The notes: generated by a model not told the origin, from the sequence alone. Shown: positions 1 to 17,499, counted from the stretch's first letter. The stretch is 64,000 bases of DNA from the human T2T-CHM13v2.0 reference genome, Homo sapiens (GCF_009914755.1 NC_060931.1); one strand, 5' to 3'. Translations and numbers: made by a program.

Positions 1-59
1 TGTAAGTGTGGGGTTGGCTACATCCCCAAAGTTTTGAAATAAAGTAATTCATTACACTC

Positions 60-1220
60 ACTTTAAAATATTTTCTAAATTGCTACTGTGATTTCTTCTT
101 TGAGATATAAGTTTTTTAAAGAAGATTATTACTTAATTTCCAAATCTGTGAGGATTTTCTGGTTTTCTTTCTGCTGTTATATTATTTTAGTACTTTGAAG
201 AATATGAAGACTTGCCTGGCCCAGCATATGATCAATTGTGTTAAACATTCTATGTGAACTTGAAAAGAATGTGAATTCTACAATTTAGATGTAAGTTTAT
301 TAATCTGTTAGTTAGATCAACTTTGTTAGTAATGTTCAAATCTTCTATATCTTTATTGATTTCTAATCTGTTTTATTAGTTACAAAGAGATATGTGTTAA
401 AATCTCCAATTATGGCTGTGAATTTGTGTTTTATGTGTTTTTGTTTTACATAGAGAAAGACAATGTTAGTAGGTACATAAAAATCTAGAACTGCCATATC
501 ATTCTAGTGAATCAAAGCTTTAATTATGAAATATTCCTCTTTATTGGCAGTAATGCTTCTTGCCACTATTAGTATAACTATATGAGCTTTCTTTTAGTTT
601 TTGAATACTATTTTTTTTCATCCTTTTACTTTTGGTCTTTTATTTCAACTTAAGAAAAGTCTTTTGTAAGCAGCATAAGTTTTTAAATTTTTTTTAAATC
701 CAGTCTGAAAATCTTTGCTAGAGTTTTCGGTCTATTTACATTTACTGTAAGTACCATTATATTTGAGTTCAAATCTGCCACATTACTCTCTGCATTCTAT
801 TTACCCACCTCTGTTGTGCTTTTTTCTTTTCTTGCCTTCTGTCAGATTATTTTCTTATTATTTATATTATCTGCCTTGTTAGACTGATAATTGTATATTA
901 CTCTTTTATTCTTTTAGTGGTTACTCTAATGGTTACATTGCTGACTTATTAAAGTCTAATAAAAACTAATACTCAGCATTTCTTAGACAATGCAAACACA
1001 TTGGAACATATTAACATGATTTATACCATTCCTGCTTTTTGTGTTATTATTAAAAAGTATGTTTAACTCTATAAAACATTGTTTATATTGTTTTATAAAG
1101 TCAATGTTTATGCAGAGTTATATTTATTATGTAGTCTTTTCATTGTTTTTCACTTCTGCTATATCTCTGTGCTGCCTTGTTGGATCATTTTTCTATGAGC
1201 AGATCCTTATAGCATATCTT
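60..1220 (-). mobile_element. Old L1 (L1M/L1ME-like) ORF2-region fragment
   Basis: T-rich antisense L1 signature, e.g. TGAAAAGAATGTGAATTCT and TGTGTTAAAATCTCCAATTAT; heavily diverged. Confidence 0.7.
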
Positions 1221-1277
1221 TGAAATAATTACTGACACAATTACTGACGTAAGAGTACATGTTAAGAAATGAATATG

Positions 1278-1572
<295 letters not shown>

Positions 1573-1969
1573 TACTAATATGAAATATAGCAGGGATACA
1601 GAAGACAAGTGAGTTGGGAAGTATTAAATTTGAAGAATTGGAAGGAAGGTCAAACAGGGGACTGTTTATAAGAGAGCTTCTTATTTCTTCAGGCTAACAA
1701 CTGGCTTGCAGGTTTAAGACTCTTTAACAATCCAATAATAAGAGTCAACTTTAAAACTTTTAGGTGAAGCTTAAAATTGGGAAGAAATTGACTTTGAACC
1801 ATAAGGGGAGTTGGTCCAATGATAGTGTTTTAGATTGGCATGTTGTGTTTTGATTACAATTATTCCATTCAGATTGCTTTCTACCCTCTACAATCTACGC
1901 ATGAGCACAGAGGAGGAAAAGCCTGTAATAAAAGAGAAAAAAAAGAAAAGAAAAGAAAAATAAAAAAAG

Positions 1970-2245
1970 AGGCAGTGTATATTTTTTAGATTCTTTTAAG
2001 GTGTGGATTCTGAGACAGACAATCCTAAAGTTTGAATCTCAGCTTTTATACTTCCAAGCTATTTTGTCTTAATTAATTATCTCTCCCTCTCTCTCTCTCT
2101 ATGATCTTTTCATTTTCTCAGCTAGACAATGAATGTTATGAGAGTGCTTATCTTATTGGGTTCTTGTGAGAAATAAATGAGATTATCCTTAAAAGTGGTA
2201 ACTCCATGCCTTACACTTAGTAAGAGCTCAATAAATGTTAGCTGC
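1970..2245 (+). mobile_element. MIR
   Basis: MIR core and 3' end (GTGAGAAATAAATGAGA ... CTCAATAAATGTTAGCTG). Confidence 0.75.
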
Positions 2246-2849
2246 TCATACCCATACATCAGGGAGACTGATGACACAGGGCAGCATTTCATCATGACAA
2301 TTGTATGAATAAAATCTTTTATAGAATGTATGCGCAGAAGGAGACATTTCCACCCAGTTTGGTATAATGCCTGTTAAGAGAAACAGGTAAGTATAGTAAC
2401 AGCCACATTAAGATCAGAAAGAAGTGGTAGAAATGACCTGAGTCAGGCTGCCAATAGAAAAACAGAAATAGCATAGGAAGAAATGTTGGGCACATCAAGG
2501 CAGAAGAAGCGAGAAGTTATGCTTCCTCAGCATGAGGTACCCTAGACCCAGGAAGGAGGGGTTGGGAACAAGTGCTGGTAGAGTTGAGCAAGGGAGTTTT
2601 TTGTTGCTGTTGTTAATGCCATTGTTTCCTTTTTGTATCCTTCAGATTAGTGGAACCAGAGAGAACATCAGATTACATAGTATTATGTATACGTATGACC
2701 TTAATACACAGCCGAAGAAGCCTAGTATAGCAGCAGAAGGCTTTTTCTTTGGGTTCATGGTACAGTCTAGAGAGAAAGAGGGCAATCTGAATAAGAAGAC
2801 CCTAATACACAGAGAAGAACTCAAATACATACAGTGGATAGTATTGGTG

Positions 2850-3207
2850 TCCTTCTCAGATCCCTTTTAGTGCCTAGTGCACCCATGTACCAGTCACTAG
2901 GTGCATCAGCTGGTATCAACTCACAACCACCCCCTTCTCCCAAGACTTGCAAAACTGAAGCTGTCTCGCCTAGAAGGCTATTTCTCACTCAGACCTGTGC
3001 TGACTGGCTGGGTCCTTTGCTCAACATGGAACTAACTTATTTGTATAATTTTCACTCAGAGTACCCCACCGTGGTCTCAGGATGAAACTAGCCTCTGAAA
3101 CCACCTCTCTGACCTGTTCTGCTCCTACTGCTTCCCTTTCTGTAAGAAATCACTTGAACAAGAATCCTAATCTCAGGATTAATTTCCAGGAAGCCCAACC
3201 TATGACA
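2850..3207 (+). mobile_element. LTR16-family (ERVL) solo LTR
   Basis: 3' end AAGAATCCTAATCTCAGG...CCAGGAAGCCCAACCTATGACA resembles the LTR16 terminus. Confidence 0.6.
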
Positions 3208-3434
3208 AAAGGAAATACAGAAATAAATCCTAGTAGCTTTGAAGACAAATAAACATCATCAGAGAAGTTTATTTTTACAGGCTCTGGACCAAATGTATCA
3301 TTTGGTCATTGTCGTTATCATTACAGGCTCTGTATCATTCACCACATAGAAACATTCTAAAAACATATTTTATGGATATTATTTCTAATCTCCAATTATC
3401 CATAGTCTTGCAAGGTATTAAAAATGTCTTTTGT

Positions 3435-3737
3435 GGCCGGGCGCAGTGGCTCACACCTGTAATCCCAACACTTTGGGAGGCCGAGGCGGGCGGTTCACGA
3501 GGTCAGGAGATCGAGACCATCCTGGCTAACACGGTGAAACCCCGTCTCTACTAAAAATACAAAAAAAATTAGCCGGGCGCGGTGGCGGGCGCTTGTAGTC
3601 CCAGCTACTCGGGAGGCTGAGGCAGGAAAATGGCGTGAACCCAGCGGGGCGGAGCTTGCAGTGAGCCGAGATAGCGCCACTGCACTCCGGCCTGGGTAAA
3701 GAGCGAGATTCCATCTCAAAAGAAAAAAAAAAAAAAG
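3435..3737 (+). mobile_element. AluY
   Basis: Y diagnostics ATCGAGACCATCCTGGCTAACACGG, ATGGCGTGAACCC, GGAGCTTGCAG; poly-A. Confidence 0.97.
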
Positions 3738-3864
3738 TATCTTGCTTTTTCTTATTAATAGCAATCTCTCATCCATAGTCTGCTCTGCTCTTTAATTCAC
3801 CAGAGTCATGCTGCCCACTTTCTGACTGATAGTGATAGCATAGGTATCTCTACGGCTTTGTCTA

Positions 3865-4130
3865 ATAATGATAATAATAACAGTAAGTGCTGACATTTCT
3901 TGAACACTTTTACATACCAATAGCTTTTGGAAGTACTTACATAGATGAACTCATTTAATCCTCAAAATGGCCCCATGAGATAGGGATCATTATTGTCCTT
4001 GTTTTGAAGAAGAGGAAACTAAAGCACAAAGTTTTTAAAGGCAACTTCTCAAGGTCACACAATGTGAATAGAGGCGTTAGGTTATTCCAATACAGCCTTT
4101 CTGAATACAGAGATCATGTTTTAACCACTA
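3865..4130 (-). mobile_element. MIR
   Basis: CTCATTTAATCCTCA...GAGGAAACT...AAGGTCACACA, antisense MIR core. Confidence 0.8.
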
Positions 4131-4319
4131 GTCTCCTATATCCTACCCCCTCCCCACTCTACGACAGCTGAGGTGATATAATGGCTCCACAGTCTCTCCG
4201 TTCTCTGTTACTTCCCATGGAGGAAAATACATAAGTTGCCCATATGATATATAGTCCTCGTCTCACCCAGAAAGATTTTCTTGTGAAAAAATAAGTGTTT
4301 ATTATGGGAGATAATAAAT

Positions 4320-4740
4320 ATGTTATCTTACATGACAAAAAAGAATTTGCAGATGTGATTAAGTTAAAGACCTTGAGATGAAGTGATTATTCTGAATTAT
4401 CTGGGTGGCCTACTGTAATCACAAGGATCCTTAAAAAAGGAAGTGGGGAGCCAGATTCAAGAGCCAGGTGTCAGAGAAGCAGAGAAACATAACTCAGTCC
4501 AATGTTGCTGGCTTTGATGATGAAGGAAGGGGTTCAAGGCCAAGGAATGCAAGTGCCCTCTAGAAGCTGAAAAACAAGGAGATGGATTCTCCCTTTATCC
4601 TTTAGAAGGAAACACAGCCCTGCCAGCACTGTGATTTTAGGCAATGGAATTTATTTGACTTTTAACCTTCAGAACCATTTTGTGTTTTAAGCCAGTAAGT
4701 TTGTATTAATGTGTTACAGCAGCAGTAGAAAATTAATGCA
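4320..4740 (+). mobile_element. MLT1D-like MaLR LTR
   Basis: TTTGCAGATGTGATTAAGTTAAAGACCTTGAGATG ... TTAAGCCAGTAAGTTTG...TTACAGCAGCAGTAGAAAATTAATGCA. Confidence 0.85.
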
Positions 4741-5192
4741 GAGATTGAGATAATGCATGTAAGGCGATTACCATGGTGCATAACTGGAACATAGACCTAG
4801 TCTCCAACTATTAGGTATTATTATTATTGCTGTTTTTATTTATTATTAATGATATCATTTTGAATGTCTGAGAAGGCTTCAAAGAGCAGTTATAGTCTAA
4901 CTTGGTCTTGAAATATTGATAAACTAAAAACAATGGGAAGTGCCTGGTGGAAGGAAAAATGTTGGCAAAAATGTGGTAATGGATAACACAAGGTTTGCTG
5001 AGAGGCGGGTTTTGGAGATCCTTCAATGACAAACTTTATGCAATTGGAAACCTTTAGAGTTAGTGATACGTTGGAAGCTTTGTTTTCAAGAATTTAATCT
5101 GGTGGGTAATTGACAGGGGGCAAAGTTCAAGAAAAAGACACTGACTCTAGTACTGAGATAAGAGCAAGAATTAAAGAAATATAGTGGAAGAA

Positions 5193-5633
<441 letters not shown>

Positions 5634-6362
5634 TTAACAAAGAAAGAAACCATTTAGAGAAAAGGCTAAATAAGATGTGACTTACATCTCCAAGTTCTGG
5701 GATAACATCTAGTATCTTTCTTTGAGCCTCAATGTCTAGGAGAGTGTTTCCACTAATGCTCAAAAAAAGATTTATTTTGGATGGGTTTTATGCTTTTATT
5801 TCAACCCCATAATGAACTAAAGCTCTGTAGAGAGGCAAGAATCAGAGATACTTGAATTGCCAGTAAAGAGATGATAATTGAATTAGTAAACGTGAGTAAA
5901 CAAAACATCAGGATATAGTCCATATGGGAAAAACTCTGGATGATCCAGCAATTGCTATCACTGCCCAGAATCTGAGTCTCAAACTTCTTACTCCTTGACC
6001 AGTGTGTTCATGTCATACCACGGTTGTCTGATTAGAAATACTAAATGACTAATAATTATTAACAATATTTTTCTTTTAAGCTACAAGCCAGAAAATATAT
6101 CTACCTTCAACCTTGTTGTGATTATTAGTTAGCAAATGTTTCTAATTAATGTAAATCTTAAGGAGGCAGATACTGAAGAAGTGAAAGTACTTGGGATAAT
6201 AATGTAGAAAAAATCAAGATACTGTTTTTATATTAGCAAGGATTCATATGCTTTTATATGTTCCCAGCAAAATAATCATGATCTCCCCCCACTCATTAAA
6301 TCATTTGATTGCACACTCGGTCTTTTAAGAGTTCGCAAATGTCATGCAGTTTTAATATGATA

Positions 6363-6364
<2 letters not shown>

Positions 6365-6395
<31 letters not shown>
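6365..6395. repeat. (TG)15 microsatellite
   Basis: Perfect TG dinucleotide run. Confidence 0.98.
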
Positions 6396-6397
<2 letters not shown>

Positions 6398-8005
6398 TTT
6401 GGGAAAGGTGTGCTTGCTAATAAATTTAAGAAAGCATGGCTGCATTTCATATGGCACCTAACCTCACTACTGTGAAATATTGTCATGGTTACCTGCAAAG
6501 CAGCAGGATGTATGTGGGTGAAAGATGAGGTTCAAACAGTATAAGAATAGGCCCTTTAACAGAAACCAGATTATGGACAAAGAGAGGAAGGTGGAGGAAG
6601 GTAGGAGGAAGTGTGAGCAGACCAATGTTTAGCTGTTTTTAAAATAATGCATTGACTAAATAATTTCTTTTCTGTAGTCATGACCTGATAATTATTAGTT
6701 TCAAATGGTTGCATCTCAGAGACTGTGTCCTTTATGGAAGTTGCCCCACAACAAATTTGAAGAAAGTGGGAGTGAAATTATAAGTTATAAAAGTAAGGGA
6801 ATTATTTAAGGAAATGATGAGTGTGTTCATTAGGACACAGGGTGGTCCCCGTACTTCAGGCTTTTGGAGATTATTGAAACACTTAATAATCCAGCTTGTA
6901 AGCTTTAGTACATTTACCTAGAATCTTTAGACACCTTTGTGTTTAAAGTGCTTTGCAATGAATAATTTGTTGTTCATAAGCCCTCTCGTAAAAAAACAAA
7001 ATTTCTTTCTATGGTTATTAAAAGTCTTCGTTATTGCCTAGATTTGTCAAAATCTAGGTTCATTCGACTTATTTGTAAAAAGTTCCTCATTATTTCATTC
7101 TGTTTCCTACTTTTCAGCAGCTTGGTTAAAGTGTAATATTCTCTTATTATTTTTACACTCCTCTATGAATTTAGGAGAGAGAGAAAATGGCTAAAAAGAA
7201 ATGGCATTTTTAAAAGCATAGACAGTTGAATAACAAATTTAACAACACTCTATCTAACCCTTAGCAAATACCAACCTAGGCTGTGGAGCAACAAAAACTA
7301 ATAGAATATGGTCTCCGTCATTAGGAATCTCACAGGATGGAAAAGAAAAAAAACACGCCACATGCACAAAACAGAAAAAAAGACAAATGTGATGAGCCCC
7401 ATGTGAAGCTGAGGAGCAAAGGGATTTGGGACTACAGAAGACTGAGCAATTAAAAGGAGACTAAGTTATAGACAAAGGTTATTAAAACAAAACTCTGACA
7501 CAAGCTTGTTTACTATTCATATAATGAATATGAGAATTCATACTTAAAACAAGTTTCTGAACATTCCCGTTAGGGGTAACGTAAAACTAAGGACATCCTG
7601 TCACCCAAACAAAAGCAACAAATTCTTTTTGAAAGATATAGATTCCTTGAGTCTGATGATTCCATCTTAATTTACCTACTCTTGTAAATAATCTCGGATT
7701 AATATTTTATAATTGAAAATCATCTTATTTCTCTTATCACAGGCCTAAAATTGCTTTAGAAATATTTAAAAATGAATTGAATGACTAGATAAAATGAAAA
7801 CAAGTTTGCAAAAAAAATATACAACTTCATGAAATAGAATCTGATTTATGAAGATACTCTTTCCATGAGGTTTAACTTTTTTTCTAATAAATATTTTAGT
7901 ACTATTATTTCTGCAGTTTAAATTGATGCTAAAGATGTATAGAAATGAAACTGGTAAGAAATAAGCGATTTTTTTTGTTTGTTTTGTTTTGTTTTTAATT
8001 CCCAG

Positions 8006-8310
8006 AGGAAAAGCCTCAAGCTGCAGCAGGACAGTTTTTCTCCAGGGTCCAATTATAACAGAGCCAATTATGTTTTGGGATGCATTCACGACCCTTGCAA
8101 TTCTTCTACATGCATACATAAAACTCTGCACATGTATGTGTCAGAATTTACTAATATGGATTCCAAATATTGCTTCATCCATCAACAGAACTGTACACCC
8201 AAAAACGAAGTGGAAACTAAAATGTGCTTCATTAGCTTTTCAAATAATGTTAAATTTACAGACATGCTAAAGAGCAGGCTGCTGACTCAGATTGAGCCAC
8301 ACTCTTCAAG
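8006..8310 (+). other. Candidate internal exon (305 nt), unknown transcript
   Basis: Long T-rich tract ending TTCCCAG| and donor AAG|GTAAGA; one frame is open across it; unique sequence. Confidence 0.35.
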
Positions 8311-8373
8311 GTAAGAACCAATAAAGGTAAATATTTTCAGTTGATGATACAATTTTATTCTTTAAAAAAATTA

Positions 8374-8748
<375 letters not shown>

Positions 8749-10059
8749 TTACAAGTCGAAATCTAAGATCTCATTTGCAGCCCGTTGACCTAAAATCCAT
8801 AGCATTGTTGTGAAGTGCTGTGAACAAAAGCCAATACATCACTGTATACTACATGCTCTCTGGTTCTCATAATGGGAAAAAGATTCAGGAAGCAATACAA
8901 ACATTTGCAAAGGAAAGAATCTTTTCTTATGAGATTTTGGTGTGACTTGTCTTTAAGGTGAATTGAGCTGTCATTCTTTTTTTTCCTATAAATAAAACAT
9001 TACTGTTTTAATGCCAGCTGGGTTTTCCCCCTTAGAATATAACTTATAATGGAAAAATAATTCTCTTTTTGGAGAATAATTTTTTTCTTGTTCAATAACT
9101 CTAAGCCTTCTAATTCTTGCTTTGTCATTCTAGAACATACATCAGTAAGCATTCTATGATAACCGGAATAATATTTGTAAACATATTAATAAATGTTTTG
9201 CCATAGATTTAGAGCTGTAATTTTAGAGGTGAAAGCCATTCAGAAATCTCTCAATTTTAGTGATATGTAATTTGAGGGCCACAAATATTCGTGGCCAGGA
9301 TCTCCTGTGAGGGTCAGAAATGACAATAAGATAAATCTTACGATGAACTTTTGTTCCTTATTAGAGGGAGAAAAACACTTCAATCAAATATTTGGTTACA
9401 TGCTTTTTTTTAAAAGGCAGCAATAGTCCATTAATGGTTGTGAGTCTGGAGGGTAGACTGGAAACTTAAGCTTCTCTTCTCTCTCTCCCCAGTGATGTTG
9501 ATAGAATTTTTTAAAACTTCTGCACCCACAAAGAGAACAAAAAGGTGTGGTATCAGCAGGCAAGAGGTTTTATCAAATGTCTGGAAGACAGAAAGTGGAT
9601 GGAAGAATGCCAACAGATAGAGCAGGCTGTGGGAATCCATTGTACAATCCCCACAGAGGAAATGAAGAGGAGGGAGTCCAAATTTTAACATGGAAATGTC
9701 TTATGTTACTGAGCACCAGGCACTTGACACCCCCTCCTCAAACCTCCACATGCAGAACAGCCTGCTGCCAGCATGTACCCAGTGAAACCTCCAACAGACT
9801 ACGGTTCTCTAAATGACTCAATAGAGCCCTCTGGTAAGAAGTAAAGAAGCGAATTTGGATGTTGGCACCCCAGTTTAAATCTCCTTTAATTCTAGAATGT
9901 AAGGCATATCTGAAATAAAAGCCAGGTGTCTGAATTACCCTTCAGAATCAGTCAACATACTCTGTTAATGTACAAAGAGCACTTTTTTCCTATTATTTAT
10001 TAACCAATAACCCAAGATATTACTCATATTATCATTATGGATTGATAATTAAAATGTTT

Positions 10060-11650
<1,591 letters not shown>

Positions 11651-11841
11651 AACAAAGTAAATAGTTTTAGTTGGATAAAACTAACCAACGCCTGGCATTA
11701 GTTTGAGTCGTTCATTCATGTAACCATTCTCAATTCATCCATTTGTATAACAATGAACTGCTATTATGTATCAGACAGTATTCGATATGTGGAAGAAATA
11801 ATAGTAGACAAAATAGATAAGTCTTTTATAAGCTTTCATTA

Positions 11842-12568
<727 letters not shown>

Positions 12569-12920
12569 TTAAGTAGGGAGAGAGTTACTGAGATATCAGA
12601 TACATATTTTAAAAGTTGTTCTAGAAAGTCTAAATTTTCTTGAATCAGTACTGTGCATTAGTATGAAGGAAGCAAGAATAAGTGAGAGGCAACATGAAAA
12701 GAGAAGTTGGAAGAAGAGTTGGATGCCAGATTACGCAGATTTTGTACTTTATTCTAAGTGGGATGGGAGGTTTGTAGAGAGTTCTGGAGAGGAACAAGAG
12801 GATCTGATTTACATTTTAAAAGGTTTGGCCGGCTGTGGGAAGATTGAGAGGGTGGACTCAAGAGGGGAAACAAGATAAATTAGGAGTTAATGATAGTCAT
12901 CCAGGTGAGAATAGATATAG

Positions 12921-13123
12921 TATGATGTAATTATTACATATTGCATGCCTCTATCAAAATATCTCATGCACTCCATAAATGTATACACCTATTGTATGCC
13001 CATGAAAATTAAAAATAAAAAACATTAATATAGGGAACCTACAGACATCAAGCACAGCATCTTCTGATTGTTTATTATAGTCTTGTATGGTTTGTAAAAA
13101 AAAAAAAAGAGGGAGAAAGACAA
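12921..13123 (+). mobile_element. 5'-truncated L1 (L1MA-like 3' end) plus extra 3' sequence
   Basis: TATCAAAATATCTCATGCACTCCATAAATGTATACACCTA L1 terminus; TSD AATAGATATAG at 12910-12920 and 13124-13134. Confidence 0.8.
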
Positions 13124-13654
13124 AATAGATATAGCAGTGGAAGTGTTGAGAAAATATTTGATTTGGGTTATATTTTGAATGTAGAGCCGACAGAATTTGC
13201 TAGAGAACCAGATGTTCAATGTGAAAGAAAGAGCAGGATCGATCAAGCATAACTTCAAGATTTTCATTTTAACAACTGGGTAAATGGTGCTGGCATTTAT
13301 TGAGATGAGGAAAAAATAGGGTGGTTCTTAGCAGTGAACACCTTTGCTATCAAGATTATTTCCTCTGCTATGAGTTTCAGGAGCTCATTTGGAAAAGCAC
13401 AACCATAATTTGACTCCTAATTCTAAGCTGTATTAGTCTTTTCCCTGTAGCAGAGAATATAGAAAGCTATTGTTCCTGTCTAAACTGAGGTAAGAAATGA
13501 AAACAAGCATATACTGGGGAAAGGGAACATGTGTTACTATTTCAAAATATGATCAATGTAATATGTGTGTATAAATACATAGGCACATATGTACAAATTA
13601 TATATACATTCTTGTTAAAGCATCCATGAAGCATGTATAAGCTCATTATACAAT

Positions 13655-13950
13655 GTTATCTTAGTTTGGGATCTCTAGAAGCAGAGCATGAGACAGAAAT
13701 TTGGATGCCTGTCATTTATTGAGGGAGTGCTTTTCAGAGGGAAGAAACCTAAGGAAGGTAGGGAGTAAGGGCATTCGGATAGGAATGAGGAAGGGGCTGA
13801 GCCAGTCCCACACAGCATGATGGGGAAGGAGATGCTAAGAGCCGTAACTGCACCTGTAATTTCTTTTACCTTGAGATGAGGGGGTTGGACTTTCATATTC
13901 TCTATCAGTTAGTCATTGAGTGATTATGGGCTTCCCTAGATGGGTGCCCT
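13655..13950 (-). mobile_element. LTR16-family (ERVL) LTR fragment
   Basis: TCTTAGTTTGGGATCTCTAGAAGCAGAGCATGAGACA antisense terminus. Confidence 0.55.
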
Positions 13951-13960
13951 CATCAAATTC

Positions 13961-14085
13961 TTTTTTTTTTTTTTTTTTTTGAGATGGAGACCCACTCACT
14001 GCAGCCCAGGTTGAAGTGCAGTGGCATGATCTCACCTTACTGTAACGTCTACCTCCTGGGTTGAAGCGATTCTCCTACCTCAGCC
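13961..14085 (-). mobile_element. Alu right-arm fragment
   Basis: Poly-T followed by antisense right arm, truncated at CCTCAGCC. Confidence 0.9.
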
Positions 14086-14149
14086 ATTGTGAGGAGTCAG
14101 ATCCAAGAAGGAAGAGGAATGCATCTACATGAAAAGGAAAATGCATCTA

Positions 14150-15880
14150 TAGAGAAAATTGGAGATTGGTAACATAAAGGGGATTGACGAAAGAAGTAAA
14201 TATGTTAATCATCATGACAACCAGATTCCTCGATATCATAAAAGGGAGATAGAAATATGAAAGGGAAGAAACTAAACTGAACCCTGTGGGGTTGAATGGG
14301 AGCTGGATGGGTAAGTGTGAACTAAAGGTTTCCAACAGACCAACACATAAGGCAGTAAATACAGATGTATATTGTGTTATGTTGCATGTGTACACACACA
14401 CATTCCCTAGGTCTGTCCATTATCTGGGATCGGATCAGTAACATCTCAATAACACAAGCAAACTTAGAGTTCAAAACTTGGCTTCTCAAAACCATTTCCA
14501 CTAAAAGTAATCAGGGCTCCTGGTAGAAATGATAATATCATAGCTGGAGCAAGAAAATTATGAGATGAACCTAGAATATCTTGTGCCAGAAACAAAGAAA
14601 CGCTCAAAGAATAAAGGCGATATATCAAAAGAACACAAAAGCCAGCTTAAAATGGGTCCCATTGGTCAACTAAGAAACAACATCAACAAGACAATAATGA
14701 TAGTAATGGATTATAGCTTATTGAATCAAGTGGGAACCATGAATCTATACCAAAATAAATAAATTAATAAATTGAAACTGTAATAAGGAATAGGATATTT
14801 ACATGGCTTTGAAGTCTCTTTACACAAAATATTTACTAATTTCCAAAAAAAAAAGAGAGCAACTTTACAGTAGGCAATCTGAGTAGACATCATCTTAATC
14901 AAGTGGTCAAAGTGAGCCATCATTAATGATGGAAAAAGCTGAAATCATGTGTCACCTGAAAGGATGCAAAGAGGAGGATACAGTCACTGCTGTCATATTC
15001 CTACCAAAGATACATAATCTGAATCTAATCATGAGGAAACATCAGACATGCACAAACTAAGGGGCATTCTACAAAATTATTACCAGCTACAGCAATGCAA
15101 AGGTCATGAAAATCAAGGGAAGACTAAGGAACTCTTCCATACTAAAGGAGGATAAACAAATATGAAAGTTTTTCTTTTCCTTGTTTTGGATATAGAGTCT
15201 CACTCTGTCACCCAGGCTGCAGTGCAGTGGCACCGTCACAGTTCACTGTAGCCTTAACCTCCCAGGCTCAGGTGATTTTCCTACCTTAGCCCCTCGAGGA
15301 GCTGGGACTACAGGTGTGTGCCACCATACCCAGCTAAGTTTTGTATTTTTTGTAGAGACATGTTTTCATCATGTTGCCCAGTTGGTCTCGAATACTTAGG
15401 CTCAAGCAATCCGTCCACCTCAGCCTCCAAAACTGCTGAGATTACAGGCATGAGCCGCCTTATCCAGTCTTTTTTTCTTTAACAAAATGGAAAATATAAA
15501 TCTGTATGAGCCACATACTGCTATATAAATTATATTTTAGTCATGATGTTGCTTGATGTAATTATAAACTGATGATGTTGGTTAATATGATTATAAATGA
15601 AATCATTTTGCAGAAAAGAAATTTTTAAAACAAGTAGCAATACATGAATGGATTCTGAGAATAAGATGGAAAAATGTATCAGTGTTACTTTTCTAATTTT
15701 GATGGGTGTATTGTGGTTACATAGAAGGAAAGTCCTTGTTTATGGGAACTACACAATAAACTTTAGTATTTGAAAGGAATGGGATATCTATTTGGCAAAT
15801 TAGCTTTCAAATAATTCATTTAAAAGATCTTTCTTTTCTGCAAATTTTTGGTTATTTCAAGATAAAAAATTAAAATTCCC
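14150..15880 (+). mobile_element. L1MC/L1MD-type 3' region, interrupted by AluJ
   Basis: CAGGGCTCCTGGTAGAAATG...ATCTTGTGCCAGAAA and CTGAATCTAATCATGAGGAAACATCAGACA motifs. Confidence 0.8.
15169..15469 (-). mobile_element. AluJ
   Basis: Antisense dimer with J features (CACTGTAGCCTTAACCTCCCAGGCTCAGG). Confidence 0.93.
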
Positions 15881-15987
15881 AAAATTTATATTGACAAAAT
15901 ATCTCAAAACAATTCTGAAACCAGGTAGTTTGATTTTACACTTTTGAAATAAATTATCTCATATTTTATATAAAAATATTATCTTTA

Positions 15988-16339
<352 letters not shown>

Positions 16340-16514
16340 TCAACGTGGTATATGAAGTTATTATCATTCTGACACCCAAATGTCAAAATTTGTATATATG
16401 CTATAGAAAGTAATCACTTCTGTGACTATAATATATCCTAAATAAAATACCATCATTCTTAATTCCCTAGTAAATCATGAGCAATTAGGGTCAAGACCAG
16501 AAATAAATCTATTT

Positions 16515-16660
16515 AAAATGTAATGATTAAAAGCATGGGATCTGAGGTAAAATACATGTGATCTTGAATCCTTAAGCTGTCACTAGCTGGGTGAACTTAG
16601 ATAAGCTCTCTGATCTCATTAAGTTTCAGTTTCTTTCTTATTAACCTACTTCATATAGGT
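16515..16660 (+). mobile_element. MIR fragment
   Basis: CACTAGCTGGGTGAACTTAGATAAG...TTTCAGTTTCTT core. Confidence 0.6.
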
Positions 16661-16824
16661 GGAGGAAATAATTGAAATATACATATATATATAGGTGCTA
16701 ATTATTACTAAAAGTAGAAGATTCATCAGTAATTATCTATTTACCTAATCAGAAAAATTAGAGTAGCCTCCTTTGATTCTAGAAGAGAACTTCATAAATT
16801 ATAATACCTAATCCAGGACAGAAT

Positions 16825-17423
16825 GGTTATAGGACCAATAGGTTTATATGCCTGCTATGCAGTAACAGACCAATACATCGAGACAGCAAGGATGCAGCAG
16901 AGAAAGCATTTAATGGTCAAAGGATGCTGAGCAAGGAAATGGAAGGATACCCTCAAATTCATCTCCTCTAAGAGTTCTGGGCTGGAGTTTTTTAAAGGGG
17001 ATTATGGAGAGTGAGGGGCTGGAAAATTGGTGTTGCTGATTGGTTGGGGTAAGTAAGGGGAATGAAATCCTTGGGACATGGAAACTGAATTCTTTGGTGA
17101 GTCAGCTTCTTGTGGGGTCCTTCAGACCAGCTGATGTTGCTAGTTTCACTGATATGCAGGATCTGAGGAAATATCTCAAAGGGAAAACTTAATGTTTTAT
17201 GTTCAAGTCATTATCTATAGAGCAGTTAAGGGGAACTATAATCTTGTAACAGGGTCTACAAGATTCCAGGGCAGTAGGCACCAAACTATGAGGAAGCATG
17301 TCAGAGAGCAAGCTGACCTGATGATTAATGCTGACTGTGTTGCAAGCTTGGCTTATTTTCATTTCTCACCCCCTGCCCCGCTTCTTCCCTGATTATTTTG
17401 TAAAGTTTACAGGGATGGTTTCA
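16825..17423 (-). mobile_element. ERV1 solo LTR (LTR26-like)
   Basis: Minus-strand start TGAAACCATCCCTGTAAACTTTACAAAATAATCAGGGAAGAAG; 4-bp TSD GAAT on both sides. Confidence 0.8.
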
Positions 17424-17499
17424 GAATTCATGCACATACACCTACACACATAACTAGCACTAAAGTGATTTAATCTTTAACAAATTAGAGAATATCAAT

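Noticed and set aside
2532-3085. ORFs 2532-2870 and 2834-3085
   Set aside because: No recognisable domain; partly overlap an LTR16-like repeat; lengths expected by chance
9431-9840. Overlapping ORFs 9547-9816 (+) and 9431-9691 (-), with a donor-like CTG|GTAAGA near 9833
   Set aside because: No recognisable protein and no convincing acceptor/donor pair bounding the frame
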